Made by a program: the position numbers and the translations under genes. A stretch of DNA of 64,000 nucleotides from an uncultured virus (IMG/VR IMGVR_UViG_3300003815_000001) (lineage: Duplodnaviria; Heunggongvirae; Uroviricota; Caudoviricetes). The stretch lies in IMG/VR virus record IMGVR_UViG_3300003815_000001. The stretch is one strand, 5' to 3'. The notes below the pieces were generated by a model. That model worked only from the letters and a program-made list of their open reading frames with translations, was not told where the DNA came from and searched no databases. Of the stretch, positions 56,781 to 64,000 are shown one piece after another (the stretch's first letter is position 1; each line of letters starts with the position of its first letter).

Positions 56781-58436
56781 ATGAGTAAGCATGAGCCAAT
56801 TAAGGAGTTACGCTATAGAGTTACAATTGATTTGTCTATGGCATACGAGGACGAAAACAATCCCGATTTGATGTCTGCAAGAGCCTTAAGGTATGAAGTT
56901 CAATCATGGCTTGAGGATTTAGGCTTCAAGGTTGATGTGACTGTTTTTAATTATGGAGTTTAATTATGTTTGTATCTTTTGAGCGCATACAGTTGGGCGC
57001 AGGCTTTAAGCAAAACGGGACGGAGTTTATAAAGACTTCTACTCGTACGGCTAGATTATTGGAAAATCCATCCAGAGTTTTTTATTTTAGTAAGAGTGAA
57101 TTAGTACCTTTCAAGGATGTTAAGACACTCACACAAACACTAGAGGAGGTTACACAATGAGGACGGAGAGACAGTTCAACAGAGAGGCGGGAAACTTGCT
57201 TATTCTCATATATTTATCAATCTTTGCGCTGACTTATCTATGCGCCTATGGCTTTTAGGGGGTTAATCATGGAATACGCTATTTTTCAAATAATGCGCCA
57301 TGCAATGCACCTAAACGCAGAGCGAGCATATACAAGAGTTTATATAGATAAGCACGAGGCTAAAAATGGCTAAATTTTATGTGACTATAAAAAGCAGTAG
57401 TTATTACACAATAACAGTGGAAGCTGATAGCAAGGATGATGCGCTGACGGCTTTTGATTGGAATGACATTGATTGGTCAGACCCGCAACACATTGAAAGT
57501 GATATATCAGAGGTTGAACAGATAAAGGAGGCAGAGCATGAAGCTATTTGATAAGGTTGAATGGGCGGTTAGTCGCCTTGTTGATAACTATGAATGGCAA
57601 GGTGTATTAGAGTTTGAGGACTTTTTGCACATACAAGAGCAATTAGTCTATGCGGTAATGGCTGACGAGGGCAAAGCAGAAGCCTTTGTTAATGTATGCT
57701 TGGATGAAGGTGTTATTGAGGAGGAGTGATGAGCATGAGGCAATTTAGACCGAACGACATTGTTTATTTTATTGGTACAGATACAGAGGAGGCGCATTTA
57801 TCCCGTATTGTGGATGTTTTCAATGAGTTTCCTATGCAAGTAAGGCTAGACACTGTTGGAATTCAAGACATGGATACTATCAGACATTTTCAAACATATA
57901 GGGAGATTACAAAATGAATTACAGAGGCGCATACGCAACAATTCAGTGGCTAGATGACAATCACATAGTGAATGATTGTTATTTTAGCTTTGGCGGTAAC
58001 CTAGATGATGCTGATGACATAGAGGAGGATTGTTTCGGTATTCCAGACCATAAAATATTTTACTTTTGCGACAAAGGAGTAAGTGAGCTTGACGAATTAA
58101 AAGACAGTAACTTTGATTTTAAGGTTTTAGATTATGAATTAGTGGAGGCTTGAGATGGAAATTAAACACGAGAAAGTGATGGAGGCAGTTGCAAAGATGT
58201 CACCAGTTGAAGCGTGTGAGTTTTTGAAGGCGGTAACTGATTATCTACAAGCGCAAAAAAGGATATATGCGGAAAGGTATTACGAGAGTGACATAGCGGA
58301 TGGAGTTTACGATATGTTATTTAGTAACAATTGCGACATAGACTTTATCCGAGAGTTTCCCGATGCAGAAGTAAATTATGAGTTTGCGTATATCAAGTTA
58401 AACGATGAGTTTGTAATTAAGATTGAAAGGATTTGA
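56781..58436 (+). CDS. Run of small, mostly acidic early proteins (56781-56963, 56966-57160, 57366-57551, 57538-57729, 57726-57917, 57914-58153, 58155-58436)
   Basis: Closely packed plus-strand ORFs, each with a purine-rich ribosome-binding site; functions not recognised. Confidence 0.6.
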
Positions 58437-58915
58437 TGATGAGATTAGCTACTTATGAGGTTTATACTTTTGATGAGCTTGAGGATAGCGCAAAAGATAA
58501 GGCTAGAGATTGGTATCGTAACCATATGGATTGGTTTTGGTGCGAGGAAAGTTTAGGCAGTATCAAGGCTTTTTGTAATGAGTTTGATGTAACACTTAAA
58601 GATTATCAAGTGGACGCATGGACATATTATTTTAGAACAGATGCAGAACCTAGCAATTTTAGAGGCTTAAAACTTAAGGATGTACCTAGAGAGCGTAAGG
58701 AATTAACGGGATATTGTCTTGATTATGACCTTTGGTATACGTTTCATGATGAATTTAAGCGTACGGGCAATGCTTTTCACGCTTTCAATGAGGCAGTTGA
58801 GGCAGGCTTTCAAGGGTGGCGCAATGATTTAGAGTATCAATACGGCAATGAGCATATTGATGAGTTTTTAATCTCTAATAATTACGAGTTTTATACGGAC
58901 GGCTCTATTGTTTAG
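58433..58915 (+). CDS. Conserved acidic early protein
   Basis: VYTFDELEDSAKDKARDWY...LTGYCLD...NNYEFYTDG pattern typical of phage and plasmid leading-region proteins; function unknown. Confidence 0.6.
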   Translation: MMMRLATYEVYTFDELEDSAKDKARDWYRNHMDWFWCEESLGSIKAFCNEFDVTLKDYQVDAWTYYFRTDAEPSNFRGLKLKDVPRERKELTGYCLDYDLWYTFHDEFKRTGNAFHAFNEAVEAGFQGWRNDLEYQYGNEHIDEFLISNNYEFYTDGSIV

Positions 58916-58962
58916 TATCTTTTCATAGCGTATTGCGGTGCGCTATGGGGCTGATATTAGCC
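58912..58962 (+). promoter_or_regulatory. ~21-bp hairpin, second RNase III-like site candidate
   Basis: Manual fold; 3' arm GGGCTGATATTAGCC, then GAGGAGG ribosome-binding site. Confidence 0.5.
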
Positions 58963-58980
58963 AAAACGAGGAGGTTTACC

Positions 58981-60200
58981 ATGTATTACGATGTAGAAGA
59001 CCAATTGACTTATCCTCAATTGATTGACGAGTACGAGGAGTATTTATCTTGGTGCAGACACCCCGATGAATATAGCGGAGTTGCTGAATGGGTTATACGC
59101 TTAATCCAAAATGGTGACTTGGTTGTATTCACGGATACAAGCGCAAGAAAATATAAGTGATGAGCTTGAGGCTATTTTTAAGGAGAATGAAATGGGTTAC
59201 AGAAGCGAAGTAAAGAGTTTGATATACGGCACGGCTGAGGAAATGAAAGAGTTTAAGATGGCTTGCTTTGACTTGTATAACCAAGTGCGTGAGGATTTTG
59301 GAAACGACTTAACTGATGAAAAGAATGATAAGTATGAAATTCTTTATCTCAATTTAAGTTATATGAAATGGTATAACGAGTACGAGGAAGTGCAAAGATG
59401 GGATGAATTTTACCAATTGGCTGATGAGTTTGGTTTAGCTACGGAGTTTTGCCGTGTTGGTGAAGAGATGGGAGATGTGGAGGATTATAACAGTGGGAAT
59501 AATGGAGGCAGATGTGAATACTATTTAGAGGTAGTCCAACGCATTGATGCACATTTTAATAGATAAGGGGTTAATCATGACTAATAACGTATTGAGAAGT
59601 GATATGTTGAGTGATTTAGATCAAGCGCAAAGGATACTTGAGCGTATATATGGCTATGCTCAAGACATTAACGATGGAAACGTAGAGCATTTAATGTCAG
59701 TCGCTGATAGTTGCATATTGGATGCAATTGAAGCATTAAACGAGGAGGTGGAAAATGGATGAAGGCTTATGGGAAGTAACATACAAACCAATTAAAAACC
59801 ATTTAGATGACAATGCAAGCCTAGATGGTTGTATGTATGAAACGTATGGGGATGAGCTTGATTTTGTTAAGGCGCAACCTAATGAAAATATATGGACATA
59901 TTGCGATGATGGAGAAAACGGATGGCTAACAAGTGGCTATCACTTTGTTAATAGACTTGGATATGTCATTTGTGAAAAACCATTTACCGATGAGCATGAG
60001 GTACATTTATATAGCGTGGAGGACTTTGACTAATGAATATCTACACTAAATGGATAAGCGAGTGGCTAAATATCCCTATGCGTACGGCTCTATCGGTGCA
60101 GAATGAGATGGCTTGCATGGGTGTAGACTTTAGCGAGAGTACGGGTGCTCACCTACAAGTGATGGCTTGGCAGGTATACAAGGAGATGAGACATAACTAA
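58981..60200 (+). CDS. Further small early proteins (58981-59160, ~59192-59566, 59577-59762, 59755-60033, 60033-60200)
   Basis: Starts adjusted to ATGs with ribosome-binding sites; mostly acidic. Confidence 0.55.
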
Positions 60201-60217
60201 TTTAAGTGATGAGCATG

Positions 60218-60243
60218 AGGCTACTTTCGGGTAGCCTTTTTTT
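60218..60243 (+). terminator. Rho-independent terminator ending the early cluster
   Basis: AGGCUACU-UUCG-GGUAGCCU followed by a U tract at the convergence point. Confidence 0.85.
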
Positions 60244-61072
60244 ATGCTGCTAACTTATACTGTGTTAATATCTCTCTTAATGACTTAGACGCTTGGAATG
60301 TGCCTACTCTCTTATGAAAATCATTAAAGTCCTCCCCGACTGTGGGGCTGATCCAGTATGGCTTGCCTGTCTTTTTAGCCACGAACTCTCCAGTATGGCT
60401 GTCATCGTTGTCAGCGATCACGATGCCGTTGCTGAACTGCCCTGCTATGAACTCCATATTGTTTGCACTAAAGCAAACGTGGATGCAATAAGGGATGTTG
60501 CTCGCCTTCAACACTTCTTTGACGGAGAGAGCAGTTGCATACCCCTCGCAAAAAATGGGAAATCCCTTTGCGTTCATGGTAAGAGTTGCGCCCTTAGAAG
60601 TCTGTCCGTAGAGGAACTTCTTATTCCCCTTGTCGCTGATGAGTTGGCAACCTACGAGACGAGTACCGATCCGCATAGGTATAACTAATAACTTCTCTGT
60701 GCCTGTGTCCCATACGTTACCTACTTCATACTCAAATCCCTTGCTTGCTAGATAAGGGTGGAAGTCTAGGCTAGTTTGGTGCATTATCCATCCTGCTTTT
60801 TTGGATGCCTTGTCAGCATCTAGCTTACGTTGCTTATCATAGTCCTTTATAGACTTAATACGCATCTCTGGGGTGATGGTGTTAGTGTCATCAAACCATA
60901 CGGCAGGCTTATCCATCGTGGCAAAGTTGCGTACAAATCCTACATGACCTAAGAACTTATACGTTCCGTTACGCTTGCGTGGATGGTCGGTGGTTGGCAC
61001 TCTCATGTTCTTGTGCATGACTAGCCTGTCAATGATAATGCCATGTGCTTTAGCAAAGTCTTCAAATCTCAT
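60242..61072 (-). CDS. Toprim-domain DNA primase
   Basis: HPYLASKG, IFCEGYATALS, IIADND, DFND. Confidence 0.85.
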   Translation of the reverse strand: MRFEDFAKAHGIIIDRLVMHKNMRVPTTDHPRKRNGTYKFLGHVGFVRNFATMDKPAVWFDDTNTITPEMRIKSIKDYDKQRKLDADKASKKAGWIMHQTSLDFHPYLASKGFEYEVGNVWDTGTEKLLVIPMRIGTRLVGCQLISDKGNKKFLYGQTSKGATLTMNAKGFPIFCEGYATALSVKEVLKASNIPYCIHVCFSANNMEFIAGQFSNGIVIADNDDSHTGEFVAKKTGKPYWISPTVGEDFNDFHKRVGTFQASKSLREILTQYKLAA

Positions 61073-62562
61073 GCCACTCTCCTATCCATCTTCTTAATAG
61101 CCTTACTGTACGCAATCTGCTTATGCTTAATCCAATTCATCGTGTTGATTGTCGGAGACTTGGTGACATAATTTAATCCTCTCGGCCATACACCGAACTT
61201 CTCCTTATACTTATGGTCAGCCCAATGAGGGTTGTAATTCTTCTCCCTTGCTAGATATAGTAACTCTGAATAGAATGACTGCTTATCATCTTTCTCTACC
61301 CGTCCGTGCGTGGTTAGCTCTAGCATCTCTCCTGCTACGGCTTCAAACTGCATACGCTTCTTAACGTGGCCACACTCTGTGCAAGTATCTGATCCTTTAA
61401 TCCATAAGGCTTGGCATACTGGACACTTAGCTTCTTTCTTCTCACGCTCTGTGGGTTCACGCTTGGTGGTTTCTCTTGTCTGTTCGTTTAACTCTTTCAC
61501 ACCATCTGCGTATACGTTGTCCCAATCATCACGGAAACGTAAGAAGTTACCGCTATGGTCTAGCCATAATGCAAACTCTTTATCAGGATGGGGGCGCATC
61601 ACACGACCTAGTTGCTGAATGTGTGAGCTAAGTGACTTGCTAAATGGTCTAGCAGATACACCAATCATGACATCTGGCACATCAAAGCCACGAGTTAAGA
61701 TGTCTGTTGCAATCAATCCATGTATGGTGGTGTCAGGCTTACTGAAGTCTTCAATGACTTGACGCTTGTAATCGCTCTCATCTTTATAAGATACGGATAC
61801 AAAGTTATAACCTTGAGCTGCGAACTGACGTACTAAGTCCTCACCATGCTGAACTCCTGCTGAGAATACGATAGTCTTGCGTGGTCTACCAAAGACTTCA
61901 TGGGTTTTCTTAATCCACTCTTGCACGATGTCGCCTGTAATCTGCATACCACGTTCTGTTACTACATCTGGAGACCACTCACCAGCGAGCTTCTTAGCCC
62001 CTGTCATGTTAATCTCTTTAGCAATAAAGACTTTAAGTGGTGCTAACCACTTGTTGTTGACGAGCGTTTCTGTTGTTGTACCACATACGACATTGGTATA
62101 TAACTCACCGAGACCTTTGGTGAATGGTGTGGCAGTAAGACCTACGACCTTGAGCTTTGGGTTGTTCTTAATCAGCTCTGAGATCTTCTTACGGGTGATA
62201 TGACACTCATCTACAATTAGTAAATCAGTATCGGGGAATTCTTTTCTACGCTCTAGTGTTTGGGCTGAGCATACTTGTATCTTTTCTGTGGAGTTAAACT
62301 TCCAATGGTCTGACTGATAGACACCATGATTGATGTCGTACTTATCTAATCGTCCACTTGTTTGGTCTACCAATACGATACGATCTAGTATCATGGCGGA
62401 ACGGTTGGACTTCTCTGCGGATGCTTGCATAAGATAGATAGCAATCTCTGTCTTACCGAAGCCTGTTGGTGCGTATAGTAGCTGTGATCTATGTCCCTCT
62501 TTGAACCCATCTCTTAATTGTTCAATCACTTTTTGCTGGTGTTCTCGTAATTCAAGACCCAT
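61069..62562 (-). CDS. Superfamily 2 helicase (RadD/YejH-like) with zinc finger
   Basis: APTGFGKT, IVDECH, GLTATP, RGFDVPD, QQLGRVMR, CPVC..CTEC. Confidence 0.92.
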   Translation of the reverse strand: MGLELREHQQKVIEQLRDGFKEGHRSQLLYAPTGFGKTEIAIYLMQASAEKSNRSAMILDRIVLVDQTSGRLDKYDINHGVYQSDHWKFNSTEKIQVCSAQTLERRKEFPDTDLLIVDECHITRKKISELIKNNPKLKVVGLTATPFTKGLGELYTNVVCGTTTETLVNNKWLAPLKVFIAKEINMTGAKKLAGEWSPDVVTERGMQITGDIVQEWIKKTHEVFGRPRKTIVFSAGVQHGEDLVRQFAAQGYNFVSVSYKDESDYKRQVIEDFSKPDTTIHGLIATDILTRGFDVPDVMIGVSARPFSKSLSSHIQQLGRVMRPHPDKEFALWLDHSGNFLRFRDDWDNVYADGVKELNEQTRETTKREPTEREKKEAKCPVCQALWIKGSDTCTECGHVKKRMQFEAVAGEMLELTTHGRVEKDDKQSFYSELLYLAREKNYNPHWADHKYKEKFGVWPRGLNYVTKSPTINTMNWIKHKQIAYSKAIKKMDRRVA

Positions 62563-62599
62563 TATTTTTCCTCTGCTTCTAGATACCCTCTAGTTTGGG

Positions 62600-62917
62600 C
62601 TACGCTTGTAGTTTTTTCTTTAATCCGTTTACCGTTCTAATCAATTCAGCATTCCGATGCTGATACATATCACGGCTTTCTCTAAGTGCTTGATTATCAA
62701 TCTCTAGTATTTTTATCTGCTGCCTTAGCTCGTTTACTACCTCCAATATATAGTCTTGTTCAAATTCTGTGGCATCCCATTTTTTTGAAGCTACAATATC
62801 TTTTAACACCGTTATCTCTTCATCTAGTGAGACAATGGTGTCTGATAACTCCATGATTTTATGGTCTTTTTCGTCATAACTTTGGGGAATAGAAGTCCCT
62901 TGCCGTGCTGTCTGCAT
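62600..62917 (-). CDS. Coiled-coil hypothetical protein
   Basis: GAGGGG ribosome-binding site; heptads. Confidence 0.55.
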   Translation of the reverse strand: MQTARQGTSIPQSYDEKDHKIMELSDTIVSLDEEITVLKDIVASKKWDATEFEQDYILEVVNELRQQIKILEIDNQALRESRDMYQHRNAELIRTVNGLKKKLQA

Positions 62918-63041
62918 TTTTTAAAACCCCTCGTTGATGTTGTAATTCTAGACGCTTTTAATAGTGTTTTGAAGCGTTCTTGTTATAGAAAAATAAAATA
63001 AAATTGTTGACTTTTTCAATACTTATTTTTGTAATATTTAA

Positions 63042-63269
63042 TCAGTCACTTACATCTTTTTTAAAATCTTCTGGACGCAATACTGACTTGTGTGCATCCG
63101 TTTTCATCATGTTGAGGACGTCCACAAGCTCACTAAGAGAGCCACCACTGACAGTAGCATCACAGTATCCCATAAGAGAACCATCACGATTGTAGTAGAC
63201 TTCTTTAATCTCAAAATACTTTCCTTCATCAATGTCATCAAACTCCATGACCCTATAGTTCCAGCTCAT
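63042..63269 (-). CDS. Hypothetical phage protein
   Basis: MSWNYRVM...IKEVYY pattern. Confidence 0.6.
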   Translation of the reverse strand: MSWNYRVMEFDDIDEGKYFEIKEVYYNRDGSLMGYCDATVSGGSLSELVDVLNMMKTDAHKSVLRPEDFKKDVSD

Positions 63270-63508
63270 TTTTTCACCATCTTTACTAAGTCTTCTAAAG
63301 TTATTCCTGCTTCCTTTAAATCAGAAGGTTTATAAATTAAAGTGGTAGGTTTTACCTCAGCTTTAACTTCTTCAGTCGTTGGCAAAGGTGGTGGTACATA
63401 ACGTTCTTTCTTCTTTACACCAAAGATGCGATCAAAGTTATCTCTAAATGCTTGTGAGTTCATCTTGCTGATAAGCTCATCACCAGTAATATCATTCTTC
63501 GTTGCCAT
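63266..63508 (-). CDS. Hypothetical phage protein
   Basis: AAGGAG ribosome-binding site; KNDITGD...FRDNFDRIF. Confidence 0.6.
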   Translation of the reverse strand: MATKNDITGDELISKMNSQAFRDNFDRIFGVKKKERYVPPPLPTTEEVKAEVKPTTLIYKPSDLKEAGITLEDLVKMVKK

Positions 63509-63728
63509 TGTTATTCTCCTTACGCATTTTGTAATGTTCTTCTACTAATTTTTCATATGTAATCCATGCTTTATTGAACCGCATTTCGTATACATAAGCT
63601 AGACCTAAAGCCTTGTTATAAACGTCTATATCACAGTGCTTATACTCTTCAGCAAATAGCTTTAAGTCTTCCGTCACGCCCCAACACTGTAATACTTCTT
63701 GCTCTAAATCTTGTAGGCTATTTGACAT
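63492..63728 (-). CDS. Hypothetical phage protein
   Basis: AAGGA ribosome-binding site; operon context. Confidence 0.55.
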   Translation of the reverse strand: MSNSLQDLEQEVLQCWGVTEDLKLFAEEYKHCDIDVYNKALGLAYVYEMRFNKAWITYEKLVEEHYKMRKENNNGNEE

Positions 63729-63838
63729 GGCTTTTCCTTTTCAATGTAAGTTCAATCATTTTCCACCATAGCTTCTTGGCTTTCTTTACCTTATGCAATG
63801 CCCAAGCCTTGAGCATTTTGCGGTTTAGCTTCTGCATT

Positions 63839-64000
63839 TTATCCATGATTTTTTTCCTTTAGCTTGGCTTCAAGAGCACGAGCAATATCTATTACTGTTT
63901 CATCATCCATGATTGCATCTATCTCTTCATCAGTTAAACCGACCCAGCTATCTTTAATGCGCCATGTTGGATGACCATTCTCATCCTCTGTGATTTCATG
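63839..64000 (-). CDS. Partial mosaic-family protein (C-terminus only)
   Basis: ...SWVGLTDEEIDA...ALEAKLKEKNHG*, the same C-terminal blocks as the 1501-3589 genes; runs off the window edge. Confidence 0.7.
   Translation of the reverse strand, partial: HEITEDENGHPTWRIKDSWVGLTDEEIDAIMDDETVIDIARALEAKLKEKNHG

Larger units (their letters stand above)
1..64000. mobile_element. Tailed dsDNA bacteriophage, podovirus/P22-like gene set, probable Methylophilaceae host
   Basis: Terminase, portal, scaffold, capsid, tail, lysis and replication genes fill the window with no bacterial housekeeping genes. Host inferred from the PqqA sequence type. Confidence 0.95.

Noticed and set aside
1..64000. Stop-codon reassignment
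   Set aside because: Core genes are full length in the standard bacterial code, and TAA, TAG and TGA all end genes.

Overview
The whole window is a dsDNA tailed bacteriophage, probably most of one genome, with P22/podovirus-like architecture. I saw no host genes, integrase, DNA polymerase, RNA polymerase or tRNA. A 23-aa PqqA precursor peptide missed by the ORF track (5381-5452, [23 protein letters not shown]) points to a Methylophilaceae (methylotroph) host. Layout: (1) 1-14.0 kb, minus strand: accessory and recombination genes, including a mosaic gene family built from shared DNA blocks, HNH and PD-(D/E)XK nucleases, a metallophosphoesterase, ERF, an SSB-like protein and DUF3310. (2) 3.8-5.7 kb, a mostly non-coding hub: two near-consensus sigma70 promoters, a promoter- and terminator-delimited ~150-nt sRNA candidate with anti-Shine-Dalgarno segments, a ~400-nt structured leader, a loop-E-type RNA element and pqqA. 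(3) rusA on the plus strand. (4) 14.4-54.9 kb, minus strand virion region: terminases, portal, GroES, scaffold, capsid, small basic proteins, adaptors, several tail-fibre cassettes with two GIY-YIG homing endonucleases, lysis genes, a gp10-like tail hub, ejection proteins and a 1795-aa polyvalent protein. A kissing-loop RNA candidate lies just after the capsid gene. (5) 54.9-55.4 kb: repeat-rich divergent control region, possibly the genome terminus. (6) 55.4-60.2 kb, plus strand: early cluster of small, mostly acidic proteins including ArdA, with RNase III-like hairpins. (7) 60.2-64 kb, minus strand: primase, SF2 helicase and small ORFs. Product calls come from motif recognition by eye and RNA structures from hand folding; no searches were run.
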